A DNA stretch of 32,766 nucleotides, taken from assembly GCA_002811645.1 (NCBI GenBank), contig PDIP01000062.1, positions 1-32,766 on the forward strand. Direction: 5' to 3'. Shown here one piece after another: positions 20,501 through 31,700 of this stretch; within the stretch, counting starts at the first letter, position 1, and the number at the start of each line of letters is the position of its first letter. The notes beneath the pieces are model-generated. The model was not told the origin of the DNA and made no database searches. It worked only from the letters and a program-made list of their open reading frames with translations. Made by a program: the position numbers and the translations under genes. This DNA comes from Corallochytrium limacisporum Hawaii (lineage: Eukaryota > Protista > Pluriformea).

Positions 20501-23500
20501 GGGCATCATGCAGACGCCAGCATTCTGGTTCTCCCAGTTGTTCCAGGTGGCCAGGTCCCAATCAGAGCATTCGCCCTGTTCAAGACACTCGGCCTCATCC
20601 AAGCACTGACGCCAGTCGTAGCGGCAAGCGAGGTATCCACCGCTGACAAGCCCATTTGAGGAGCACTCATCTTCATCGTAGTCAGTGCACTCGGCAACAG
20701 TGCCATCGCACTCACCGCGAGAGGTAACACTGCTGGCGATACACAGTTCCAGTGATTCATCCCAAGTATCGTTGTCTTCGTCACACAGGGTCTCATTGGT
20801 GTGGGTGCAGACCCAATCCTCACCTTCCACCCACCAGTCACGGGTGCAGCCCTGGCATCCCCAGGTGCAGAAGGAGTACTGAGCGCACTCTTCAGCGGTG
20901 AGCCACTCGTTGTGGTTGCACAGACCAATCTCGCATTTCTCCTGGGTGTCTACCATACCACGCTCGAACCAGCGACCAGAGTAGTAGGTGAAAGAGACTG
21001 AACCGTTGCCAGCGTTGGAGCACCTAGTTGGAGACTCAGCATGGGTAACACAGTAGCCATCGCCTCCGTTCAGGTTCTGACGCCAGTCGTACCAGTACCA
21101 GTCACCGTTCATGCCATTGTCAGGGTCATTGGACAAATTGTAGCAATCCTCAGCGCTATTGATTTCGGTAGTAAAGCAAAGGTTCTCTTGGCACAGTTCG
21201 GCACGAGCCTCAGGAGTATCATCAGTGAGCTGAGTCCATTCAAAGCCAATTGAACCACCAATGGAGTCACACTCGTCCTCGTCTTGGGACCAAATCATGC
21301 AGCGCTGAGTGAAGGTGCCATCACGGCGCCAGCGCCAGTCAAACCAGGGCCAGATGCCGTTCTCAGGATCATTTAGGTCCCAGCAGTCGCTGTCAGAAGT
21401 AATCGACGGGTTTACGCAGCCGTACTCTACATCTGGGTTTGGTCCACTTTCAGAGAAGCAAGTGTCTTCAATACAGCCTTGGGAGTCAGAAACACCGGAA
21501 GCCATGCAGTCGGACCAACCCCATTCATAGGTGAAGATGGTACCACCAATTGCAGAGCAAGTCTCCTCAGTCCACTGACCGCCGCTCATCCAGACATCCT
21601 CGTTCTGATTCAGGACACACTTGGCAGCGCGACTGCGCTCCCAGCAATCAGAGTCACCCCAGCATTCACCACAGAAGTAACCGCCATTGTCCAGAGGATC
21701 AGTTTCACACTCTTCTTCGGTCTCGGCGTTCCAGTTCCAGTTGCAAGCCTTTTCCTCGACACAGGCGTCCAGATCAGGAGGTACGTATGCGCAACCTTGT
21801 TCGATCATCTCAAACTCGTTACCCCAACAGTGCCAGAGGTAACCATATTGGATGCAAGTTGCAACAGTGGTGGAGTTGGTCCAGCAGTACTCCTCGGAGA
21901 AATCAATGTCCTGCCAGCTGTCATCCCACATCATGCGACGTTTCAAATCCTTGTGATGAGCTTCCAGACGCTTTTTGTGTGCCATGTCCAATCTCTTCTG
22001 CATTTTGTTGCCAACGGACTTGCGGTTGCGCCGGCGGGTGGCTTTCATGTCCTGAATGGTGGAGGAAAGAGGATGTGTGGTGCGGCGGCGCATCATGTGA
22101 TCTCCATGATCTCCCATATCGTCGCCTCCCATCATGCCATCGTCCTCCAGCAGAATGGTGTTCTCATCGTCAAAGCCAGATTCGTCGAAGTCGTCACTAG
22201 GGTCGCCAGATTCATCAAATTCGCCACTAGGGTCGCCACTTCCATCAAATTCAACGTCGTTGTAGGCAAAGGGATCATTGAATTGGTACCAGCCACCGTT
22301 GTAGAGCCAACCAGAGGGACCGACGCATTCTTCTCGACCGGTGCGAGAAATGAATTCATCTTCGAAAGCTGCCAAGTCAGTGACATTGTAAACACCCCAA
22401 AGGCGCATCAGAGCCTTCTTCAGTTTGTCGTCCATTTCGTCTACGAAGCACTCACGCAGGTAGGGAGCAGGACCCTCCCAAGGAATGGCACAATTGCCTT
22501 CCTGTTGGTTGGTCTCAATGATACATTCCGTGTAACAGTCAGCATCCTGTGTGCATGCGGAGCCTTGACCACTAGTGCCAAAGATTGCATCAAAGCAAGT
22601 GTCAAAGAAATCGTAGAAGTTATCCCACACATCGTCCATAGAATCCTCGGACAGGTTGAGGTCCTTGAGGAAACGTGCAGTGCATCCTGTCTGAGGGTCA
22701 GCGTTTCGCTCTTGAACCTTGATAAAGACTTCGAGGGCATCGATAACATTGGTAATGCCTTCCACGGTGCCTCGATTACCACATGCGGAGGCGACGTAGC
22801 TGGTGTTGATGGAATCCAAAACAGTGATGAGGGCAGTGATCTCACGAGGAGCGCAGCACTGGGTCATCTGGAGCTCATAGTTGCAACATACATCGGCCAA
22901 CCAGGCTTCACTGCCTTCTTCTTCGTAGCACTTTGTGTTCTCTACAGTAACTTCAGCGGTTCCGGTAACCAACGCCTCGTCGATAATGGTTGCGCAACCA
23001 GTGTAGGAGTCCGTAGCAGTCAGTGAGTACATAGCCCAACGACTTCTCTCCATTTCACCAACATCGGTGGCGCTCTTAAGGACATTCATGACATCACCAA
23101 ACTGAGAGATGATGTTGTTGAGCCGAGTCTGATCACACTCAGGGTTGCGGAACTCCAGCACCGAAGCAGCAGTAGACAAGTTGACGGGCTCACCCGATGC
23201 ATTAGTGATTCTGCCGTTAGGATCACTAATCGTGCACGCACCCTGCCGCAGCTTTGTCAGAGGATCGTAGCTGCTCATCTGTGTTGCTTCAGCACCGGGC
23301 TGAGCAACGGAACGGAAGACCAGAAAGGCCAGTTTGTTGTTCAGTACACCAGCCTCCGCGGGCGGGAGTCCAGACATGGAGCGGAAGAACTCAGCAAGGG
23401 CATTACGGGGGGATGGAGGAAGACCCATGACAATGCAAGGGCCATTGTCACACTCCTCCTGGGTGCAGGAATAATCCCAGTCATTCCACTGGCAACCAGG

Positions 23501-23812
23501 GGTGCTCATGCAGCCTTCGGGAGTGGTGGGGCAGTTGGTCAAGACCTCGTTGTAGGGGTCACCATCACAGGTCAGCTGCATGGCCTGGAAGTTCTCCCAG
23601 TAGTCACGAGGAATGGTGCGAGCACCGACCTGTTGACTGTTAAACTCAATGTTAATGGGCTGATCGAAGTACATTTCGATCAAGACAAATTCGTAAGTGG
23701 CGCCTTCCACCACCAGGGTGCGCTCAGAGAACTCACCTCGGACGGCGCGGGGCGGGGCGGCAACCACAGTGGTGGCCAAGGCCAACCCGGCCGCAATAGA
23801 GGAGATCTTCAT
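17540..23812 (-). CDS. Giant type I transmembrane surface protein, 2090 aa: signal peptide, Cys/Trp-rich ectodomain with polybasic cleavage sites, four Ig-like repeats, TM helix, short cytoplasmic tail
   Basis: 6.27-kb uninterrupted ORF. Signal peptide MKISSIAAGLALATTVVA; many regularly spaced Cys and NxS/T sequons; four ~105-aa beta-rich repeats with DxxG(N/D) and G(V/L)ATF; TM VLAIALGVCGGAVFVAAVVGGVYTY followed by the basic stop-transfer KAKQRKQR. Confidence 0.93.
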   Translation of the reverse strand: MKISSIAAGLALATTVVAAPPRAVRGEFSERTLVVEGATYEFVLIEMYFDQPINIEFNSQQVGARTIPRDYWENFQAMQLTCDGDPYNEVLTNCPTTPEGCMSTPGCQWNDWDYSCTQEECDNGPCIVMGLPPSPRNALAEFFRSMSGLPPAEAGVLNNKLAFLVFRSVAQPGAEATQMSSYDPLTKLRQGACTISDPNGRITNASGEPVNLSTAASVLEFRNPECDQTRLNNIISQFGDVMNVLKSATDVGEMERSRWAMYSLTATDSYTGCATIIDEALVTGTAEVTVENTKCYEEEGSEAWLADVCCNYELQMTQCCAPREITALITVLDSINTSYVASACGNRGTVEGITNVIDALEVFIKVQERNADPQTGCTARFLKDLNLSEDSMDDVWDNFYDFFDTCFDAIFGTSGQGSACTQDADCYTECIIETNQQEGNCAIPWEGPAPYLRECFVDEMDDKLKKALMRLWGVYNVTDLAAFEDEFISRTGREECVGPSGWLYNGGWYQFNDPFAYNDVEFDGSGDPSGEFDESGDPSDDFDESGFDDENTILLEDDGMMGGDDMGDHGDHMMRRRTTHPLSSTIQDMKATRRRNRKSVGNKMQKRLDMAHKKRLEAHHKDLKRRMMWDDSWQDIDFSEEYCWTNSTTVATCIQYGYLWHCWGNEFEMIEQGCAYVPPDLDACVEEKACNWNWNAETEEECETDPLDNGGYFCGECWGDSDCWERSRAAKCVLNQNEDVWMSGGQWTEETCSAIGGTIFTYEWGWSDCMASGVSDSQGCIEDTCFSESGPNPDVEYGCVNPSITSDSDCWDLNDPENGIWPWFDWRWRRDGTFTQRCMIWSQDEDECDSIGGSIGFEWTQLTDDTPEARAELCQENLCFTTEINSAEDCYNLSNDPDNGMNGDWYWYDWRQNLNGGDGYCVTHAESPTRCSNAGNGSVSFTYYSGRWFERGMVDTQEKCEIGLCNHNEWLTAEECAQYSFCTWGCQGCTRDWWVEGEDWVCTHTNETLCDEDNDTWDESLELCIASSVTSRGECDGTVAECTDYDEDECSSNGLVSGGYLACRYDWRQCLDEAECLEQGECSDWDLATWNNWENQNAGVCMMPKEMAEWGEPTCDQYMRFGGFGGGMDGFDDFDDGNFTDDGNHTDFGDDMMGDDMTGDDMGGDMGMPPMRRRREAYTTVVDGHRRTRSGRRVPVSTMTRYKAAAGILSAQNRRDVDEEADYGMVRWTPEGCIVEGDFDTQETCEDGGGVWTYRAETRSECLAKESCCTGRNCPWSNVNRDQEECEACGGEIQTIYNWHGGQWQGGAVTPLTWKQREWASRNSVAITVNEDKMRRFIEDAIATLISHAVRKRMKCENNGVLAILETVACECGVNTNDACTTTETGPVDLADESIYCGEAQTVEAGDFALGVGADSVADCSVETSINLGALSTPKREADTETSRRRRAADDLDEVPCYVNIENSNGLNIAQHRGDCIVYESAGSALNNVEICLSIDESIPHDNSVYVEEIVAQQQSDGTTYVALTVDVTSTGNLRCFTTSASGTYCPASAISGWESATTFDGGACPQSAEATAVVAAQVAQAGGATGLAFTSQPSSGEQVAETWADTVQVSFVDDDGNTVTGATGTITLSVLDGTAPTGVALSGTVRTTATNGVATFNNLSVNKAASAMQLKAAAPGVSTTGTSAAFTVLPGDPAALSFISQPAGVVDNEVFLQQPVVAVVDAEGNIVTTDDSTSVTLTADETSGTVSGTLTQTVVDGLATFTDLKHDVATTPVTANTLIAAANGLTSVTSDNYIVQGASGFAVRLTITSGGSPSDVTEGLAIPNVVVQVQDFNGDIVNTSTASITMAIKDNTGHPNAILSSDALTVAAEAGVATFSGLSIDQVEDDYQLQFTSASLASAETAAFDVEIPTIQFSSLGISTVLSGDAIPDFTITMKDRDGNVMTGRNDYLTIGFDDGQNGDSGVDFNSDSVVRKRLSQGVATFSGIRLESENTVNGLTLEAVSDNGSTASSDAFAVTGSGAQNTDDPDDDDDSGSSTDVLAIALGVCGGAVFVAAVVGGVYTYKAKQRKQRVNAAKEYHPEPATREVPSL
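22175..22252 (-). repeat. Coding minisatellite, 30-bp unit x ~2.6, encoding EFDGSGDPSG-EFDESGDPSD-DFDESG
   Basis: The GCCA(G/C)..CACTAGGGTC unit recurs at 22175, 22205 and 22235 inside the giant ORF. Confidence 0.85.
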
Positions 23813-26800
23813 TTAGAGTAAGGGTACAGCTGACTTTCCCTCTTTGAAAAATCGTGTTCTCCTCAACGAAATTCACACAAAAGATCTTCAAAACTCACAC
23901 ACACACACTAAAGACCGGTCAGGTACAGCGACTCATACACTCTTCGGTCACACAGACTGATCATACACGTATCCGTCTACGGAGCGTAGTGGGCTAGGTA
24001 GAAATTCAAATAGCTCACTAAACGCCACAAACGGACTGATACATCGATATCAGCCTTCATTTGGCTCTACAGACATGCATGATTGCTTTCCCTTTGTACC
24101 CTTAGAGCGTAGAACCCTTCAGGTCATGAATCTGGCATGCTACTGTCTCTATCGTCTAGATTCTGACGCATTCGTCTGTGCGAACACCAAGGAGTCTTGC
24201 ATACGATGGCAAATTACGGAGTGGACATCACAGAGAAAGCAACTGTCCCAAATCTGATCACAGGTCTCTAAAAGATACACAAGTCATCACCAATGGCATT
24301 TCGATTGTGCCTGCAAAAGGAGAGCAAGTATGGTTTTTTATTACACCTAGGGGACTCTCGTCGCCTAGGTGTAGAAACAACACAGCCGTCGTCAGAATAG
24401 TAGGGGTCGGAAGTTCCAGGTGGTGATGATGTTGAATGCATGCTGAAATGAAGCGAGGACTTGGGAGGGGGGAAAGGGCAGGGGACTACAGCAACCACGC
24501 GAATTCCCCAAGGTCGGCAGCTACCGACACTGAACCCAGATATCCGAGTATATGGGAAAGGAAGATGTCTTCTAGCGGATCTGCTAAAAACTATTTGACG
24601 AGTGACGAACAGATGATCGTGTGCGCTTCCGAAAGGGGGGCGAAGAGTGGGCAAGTTAGGACTGCACAGTGCACATGACCAGAATCTAATGAAGCGCTCA
24701 GAAAAAGATGTGCGAGAGAGTCAAAGAGAGAATGAGAGCGAGAGACAGAGACAAAACACCAGAGGCAGGCGAAAGACAGGAGAACTGAGAGCGAAGGACA
24801 GCAACAGAGCGAAAACGAACAGTCTTATGCGCTGGTTGCACTGGACCCTATCCCATGGGCCACACCGTAGTCTGGCCAAGGCACACACCTCACTTGGTCC
24901 GCAGACGATTGCTTTTCCCCCGTCTCTATTCCTCCCCTTGGAGCTCCCCTATTTCTATGCTTCAATTACTGTATGTTTATGGTAATGTTTACACTCTCCG
25001 GGGACCACCATTCCTGCGATAGACCGCAGGACATCCTTTCGTCCAAGCAAGGTCCCGATAGGCAACCATTGAATGGGTATGAAGTTTCTATAGACAACGA
25101 ACCAATCGTTCCATCGCAACGGAGAGAAATCGAAGAGCGTGGGTTGAGTTTTCCAATAACCATCACTTGCGTTAATTACTCAAATGGTGGAGAAACTATT
25201 AACTCCAATCATCCTTGAACATCAAGCAGCATCATCTCAAAGCTACGTGAGCTTCCTTTTTCATGCTGAAGGAGACTTTAAGAGTTTCCTTTCTTGTTAA
25301 GTCGCTTCTGAGATTTGCTACGCGTTTGCATGTTGACATGGAGTCATTGGTGCGTATCGCGGCAGCCAGCAAAAACGGCTGAGAAAGGAGTGAACATAAC
25401 GCACAAACGCGACATTGTTTGGCCAAAAACATTGATGACCATGCCATTACTTGCCGCATTGTGTAGGGGTCCTCTTGTGAGGCAGGCTATATTCCTCGCA
25501 GTTTGTAGCGTTACTTCTCTATAGGTCTGGATATCTCCGGTGCCTGCGCGGCCTCTCTACTCACCACGTACCCGCCGAGCTCCTCTGGCTTACCCATATT
25601 TTTATCGTCATCCTGGACCCCCCAGTTTTGATTTACGCAATTTTCCATCCTGCTTGATGCTCAGGCGTCTCCCTTTAATTGTTTGATACGTCCACCATGT
25701 CCATTTTATGCAGTCACTGCCAATACAGCAAACGGGACGTTTGGAGAACAGAACCCGCACTCCACACGTCTCAAACAAACCCGCCCCCAACTGCGACGCG
25801 ACTCTCGTGGGGCACTTCGAGTTTTTTCCCGCTTTCCTAATTTTATTGAGATTCAATTAGTATAGAAATTGGTGGGTGACTGTTCCTGCCCCTTTTAGAA
25901 AGGTATAGGGTCAAATTATCAATTCGCATCCCCTTTGGTTTTTTCTCTTGGAAACTAAATGCTTCACGACGAGGTGAATGGCAATTACGCGAATGACTGT
26001 TAAATGGTCCATCGCTCTGCGGAGAGAGAAAATGTATGCAAGTTATATGCTTCTCAACCAGTCACGAATCACAAATTAAGACCCACAACAAAAAAAGGGA
26101 GAGGTTTGCAGGAATCCGAGACACAGGACCACCCCAGCGGTTAGAAACACACAGACGGACGTGGGCAAGGGCCTGTGTTGAAGTTTTCAAAAGGGGGGAA
26201 CAAAGGAGGCTAGGAACAGAGGTGAACCAAGGTTCGTGCGCACAACAACGGACCCCGCCTCCGAGTATGTGTAGCCCTAGGAGATCTAGGCTGAGGGTGT
26301 GTCCAACTGTCTTGTTGACATTCTACTCCGAGGCAGTGGTGGTGGTTTAAGTGAGGTGCACGGGCATGAAGTGAAAGGGAATTTGGGCAGTCACAGTCGT
26401 GTCATCAAATTCCATCCAGCGTGCTCTATGATGCATTTTGTGTCATTTAAAAGTTCTGGATGATGAGGATGCTTTGTGAGGTACTGTTGATGGCAATGCA
26501 CCATGTTAAGGAGACAGGACGACGGGCCGTGAAGCACACCAAGACGGAAGATCACAACTCAGGGAGCGAAAGGATATCTCAGACCGGTATGGATGGTCCG
26601 ATCGAATCTGATAAGGAGACTCAGAAACATCTACTGAAGAACGAAGCTTGCTAGATAATTTGGCACGAAAGCAATTTTTGCGTAGTCCGGGGCACGTCCG
26701 CGCAATTTTTCTTAGTTTGCCGACCACAATTTGAGCTTCAAAAGTTTGGGTTGCTACTGTATGCAGCTGGTAACAACAACTGCAACTGTTCACCTGCACA

Positions 26801-26909
26801 ACCAGACCCTAACGGCCTTTAGCTGATCTACCCTCCTTCCCGGAGGATGGATGTGTGGTTCCCCCATAGCTACAGTTCCGAAAGTGCGGAAGAAAATCGC
26901 GGAGGGTGT

Positions 26910-26980
26910 TCGGAGGGGGAGAGAATCCGGTAGCGGAGGAAGAGGAGGGGGGGGGGTTGGAGGTAGGGTGGGGAGGAAGA
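26910..26980 (+). repeat. G-rich polypurine tract
   Basis: GGAGGAAGAGGAGGGGGGGGGTTGGAGGTAGGGTGGGAGGAAG; further G-runs at 27129-27146 and 28683-28715. Confidence 0.6.
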
Positions 26981-28727
26981 AGACAATGCTGCTTCCCCTC
27001 CCCACTGAGAAGAGAATGAAAGAAGTAGGACGCGTGGGTCTTGGGCTTTTGCTTCATCACCACGGACGACCGGTTCGCATGAAGAGACCTCCCCATCGGA
27101 AATTTCCCGCAACAACAGAACTGCCCCAGGGGGAGGGGGGGGGGGGCCAAGGCCCATGGGGCAGCAGGCCTCAATTCTTCTGGGTTTTCCGATCGCTTCA
27201 TTCGAGGTTTCTTTGAAAAGGCATGTGAACTGAAGGAGAAAGAATCACTACGTCCACCACCTCACTATCCAGCACCAATTCGAATACTAGTTTGCTTGAC
27301 AAACGGCAAGGTATATTGGTTTGTATGTTTCCTACAACATGGCCGATGGACACAAGGGGAGGGACCCCGTCTAAAATCCCAGTAGCCGCACTTTAGCTGG
27401 TGGCAGTGTTTGGTTAACGCTTCTGACTCTTGAGCTCTTCTATGCCTAGCAATGGTGGTCTTCTCATTCCATGTTGTCTCCTCAACCTTGCCACCCCTCT
27501 TATTTGTCATAACCTTCTCGTACGACCTTTTGATTTGGCGATCCAGGTGCGTTATTGTGTAACTCATTGCCGCCAGCGCAGCGTATTCGTTCTAGACATG
27601 GTGGAGCCTTCAACGCTGGGTGGAGGTTGCACGGACCAGTGAGGAATGGTCGATGGCTGCCATGGTACACGATTTCACTCGATTGTTTCTTGAACTGCAT
27701 GCAACCAGCCGACCGCACACACACCGATTCGAACGAAACCCATCCAACCAGACCAATGTGAACCCACCCCATGTTTTGACCGTTACCCCCGGGAGATTCC
27801 AAGAAACAACAAGGAAGAAACGCAATTATTTTGATTGATACGAGATTCTAACAACCAGCCATGTAAAGTTCACAGCAAACAACTTAGAGATACCTGAACC
27901 TGCTGGAGTATCGCATGTTCAGTACCAACATATCCTAAGCATCACCAGCAGGATGAGACCCTGCTCTGGCTTGGTTAAGGACGTATCACAACTTGTCCTT
28001 GCCTGGATTTCATTCTTGTCGATCTCTCTGTGACAACTTCATCAGATACATGGCATTACAAATCAGGCGCACACTGCTACCCAAGTCTGCCATGTATTAC
28101 AGGAATCACTACTGCACTACACACGAAATGCCTTGAGGTCAGAACCATCGTACACGAACACAAAACACACGTTCGTATTTCCCATGTTCACTTCACGGGT
28201 CAGGTGTTCTGTATTGCTTCAAAACGTATCGATTTTTCGCTTTTCAGCACAGAGAGCTTGTGGCTGGATGTCAGAGGACCTAAATGTTCATGCTGACGAT
28301 GCAAGAATGATCTGGTATGCAAGCCCCGATTACTCCTACCCCTCGATTCGTTTCCGTTGCGTCGGATTTGTATGTCTACATATGTGTGGTGAAGAGCCAG
28401 TTTCAATATCATAATAGCCTGGTTCGTCTGTTGCGGACAGCAACTGGTAGCCTTAGGGGTGTCTTGGGGAGGAGGCGTTGTTCCGAAAGTGAGGGTTAGA
28501 TGCCCATGCCTGGCCTCCGATGTGTTGACATGATAGCAACGCGAAGACATCCCTCGGCGCGTGACTGGTTGGGGCAAAAGAAGGGCGGAGCAGCAAGAGT
28601 GAGACGGTTGTATACTGAAACAGCAAGAGAAACTGGGCTTTACAGTTGCTAGCATTCTCAGAAAGTCTGTATTCACACGTAAGGGGGGAAAGGGGGGGGG
28701 GATTCGTATTGGGGGTTGATAGGACCC

Positions 28728-31700
28728 TTAGGCTACAAGGGCTTTACCGCTGTGGTCATCATCGATGACCATCTGGCACTGATCGTCGGATTTCGGAAGT
28801 GCGCTTGATTGGGGGGGGGCAGCGTTGGCAATGGCCTCACGGTCAGGCACACGGTACGTGACTTGGAAGAGGAGTGCGGAGCAAACGACGGAAATGGAGC
28901 TCAGAGCCATAGCTGCGGCAGCGACATACGGCGGCATCATGACCTTGGTGGCGGGGAAGAGAACACCAGCGGCCAACGGAATGGCCAAAGTGTTGTAGAT
29001 AAACGCCCAGGAGAAGTTCACAATAATGCGGCGGTAGGTCTTGGAGCTAACGTCTAGGGCAATCACCACATCCGTCAGATTACTCTTCATCAGCACAATG
29101 TCAGCAGCTTCAATGGCAACGTCGGTACCGGCACCAATGGCCATACCTGCATCAGCCTGGGCAAGAGCAGGAGAATCGTTGACACCATCACCGACCATGG
29201 CTACGACCTTACCCTGGGACTGCAGCTCCTTGACCTTGTTGCTCTTGTCCTCGGGCATGACCTCGGCAAATACGTTGTCGATGCCTGCCTGCTTGGCCAC
29301 AGCCTCAGCTGTACGGCGGTTGTCACCAGTAATCATCCAGATCTCCATACCCTGCTTCCTCAATGTGGCGACGACGCCAGCACTTTCCTCACGAATGGTG
29401 TCTGCAACGGCGATAATTCCGGCAGTCTGGTAGGAAACAGCCATGAGCATGGCAGTCTTACCTTCGTTCTCCAACTGCACCATGATGCGCTCCACCTCCT
29501 CGCTAATCGCGATATCGTTCTCAAGCAAGAATTTGCGATTGCCAATGTGCACGTGCGTGGACTCAAACACACCAGTGATACCACGGCCAGCCACGGCATC
29601 GTAGTCGGCAACACGGTCAACGGCGACGCGGGTGCCCTCCTGCTCCTTGCAATGATCAGCAATGGCACGACCCAGAGGGTGCTCGGACCCAGACTCCAGA
29701 GAACCGGCGGCGTCGTACAGGAAGGTATCATCCAGTTCAGCAAAATTGCCATTGTCATCCTTCACAGGGAACTTCACCCAGTCGGTCACCTCTGGGGTGC
29801 CGTGTGTCAGAGTACCAGTTTTGTCGAAGATAATGGCGTTCACACGGTGAGCCTTCTCAAGAGGTTCACCTCCGCGGATCAGGACACCTTCGCGGGCAGC
29901 AATGGAAGTGCCGACCATGATCGCAGTCGGCGTGGCAAGACCGAGGGCACAAGGGCAAGCAATTACCAGCACAGAGATGAAGAAGAGTAGGGCAAAGGTG
30001 AAGGGATCCAGGGAGTGGGGGATCCAGTCCTGAGGAATCACCGTGGAGGCGAGTGAAATCCAAATGACAAAAGTAACCAGGGCAATGACCACGACAATGG
30101 GCACAAAGACGCCGCTGATCTTATCGGCCATGTCGGCGATGGGGGCCTTGCTGGCTTGGGCGTCTTGAATTAGTGTCTTGATCTGAGAAATGGCCATCTC
30201 ACTGCCAACGGCTTCAATGCGGACCTGAAGCATACCCTCCTGGTTCACACTGCCTCCGACGACGCGGTCACCTTTCTGCTTTAGCACGGGGATGGATTCA
30301 CCGGTAATCATGGACTCATCAATGTGAGAGACACCGCGCTGGACGACACCGTCACTGGGCACCTTGCCACCGGGTACAACCTTGACTATATCGTTAATCT
30401 GCAGTAGTTCCACGGGAATTTCCTCCTCGCTAATTACCTCAGCAGTCTTCGGGTTCATGTTCAGCACGGTAGCCTCCTTCGCACCCAAGTCCATGAGCTT
30501 GGAGATGGCATCGCCGGTGCGGTTGCGGGCTTTATGCTCGATGTACTTGCCGAGCAACACGAACATGATGAGCAGGGCCGAAGTCTCGAAGTAGTCGTGC
30601 ACTTCATAGGTTGGCTCAATGGCGCCAAGGATCATGCTGATTATGGAGTAGAGGTACGCCGCCGTGGAACCGAGAACAACCAGGACGTCCATGTTGGCAT
30701 AGCCATGCCTCAGGGCACCCCAAGCGCCGGTGTAAAAGCGGCGACCGATGTAGAACTGCACGGGAGTGGCCAGAATAAATAGTACCACAGTCTTCACCTC
30801 AAACGGACCCACAGCCGAGCGCAGTTTTTCGTCGGTGGCGGGAATTTCACCAAACAGCATGGAAATAAAAAGGATTGGGATGGCGAGGGCCCAGCCCCAG
30901 ATCAACTCCACCTTGCGCCTGTGCAGTTTGCGGGCCTTGGCCGCAGCCTCGCGCTCGGCAGTTTGATCCTTACTCAGAGATGCATGGATGAGGATCTCAT
31001 CACTGCCAGGCAGACGATAGTTCTCCAAGGCATGTAGGATATCACGGCCACCGATCAGGTGCTGGTCGTACAAGGCTTCTAGGGCGAAAGGAGGCTCCAA
31101 GTTTTTCGCAGACTTCTTCTTTCTCCCATCTGCGTCATTCTGTACCATATCCATCACCATCTTTTCCTTTGCGCTCGAGTCTTCTTCAGCCAGACCATCA
31201 ATTACCCTGAATGCCTTAACGCCCGTCAGATTGTTCAAACAGTGCTGCAGGTAGTTCCAGGTATCGGATCTCTTTTCAGCATCAAAGGTCTTCAGTTCCT
31301 CAATGTCAAGAATGATAATGGTATCCTTAGCCTCCATGGCCAGCTCAGCGTCATAACCGAGGTCTTCGATCTCTTCACGCAAAACCTCGGGGTCAATGTT
31401 GTGCTTCACGACCATGCGCTCCATTACCAAACTTACCTTCACTTCATGTACGCCTTTGATCTTCATTGCACCCTCCTCAAGCGACTTGACACAACTACCA
31501 CAGGTCATGCCACCGATATTGTAGACACTGGTGATATATTCCTTTGCCCATTCGTCACCGTCGCCCTTCCTGTCAGATTCAAGAGAGTCAATATCTACGA
31601 CCGCGGTACCCGCCGGTAATTCGTTTGTGTGTGCCAGGTCGAACCCAGCACTCTCAGCCCGCTTCTGCAGAGACTCAAAGATTTCCCGAGTTTTGGGCAC

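Noticed and set aside
1313-23812. Functional cluster linking the GT92-like, Erf4-like and giant surface protein genes
   Set aside because: All relate to the secretory pathway or membranes, but they are kilobases apart on mixed strands with no shared regulatory motif; adjacency alone is not evidence.
24480-24650. Small hairpins (GTCGG..CCGAC; CTTCC-GAAA-GGGGG) suggesting a ribozyme or RNase P/MRP RNA
   Set aside because: Stems are 5-7 bp, within chance, and no conserved core motifs were recognised.
26660-26720. Twice-repeated GGCACG..GCAATTTTT..TAGT with an Sm-site-like AATTTTTG
   Set aside because: No U4/U5 features upstream and no clear 3' stem; a short degenerate duplication at most.
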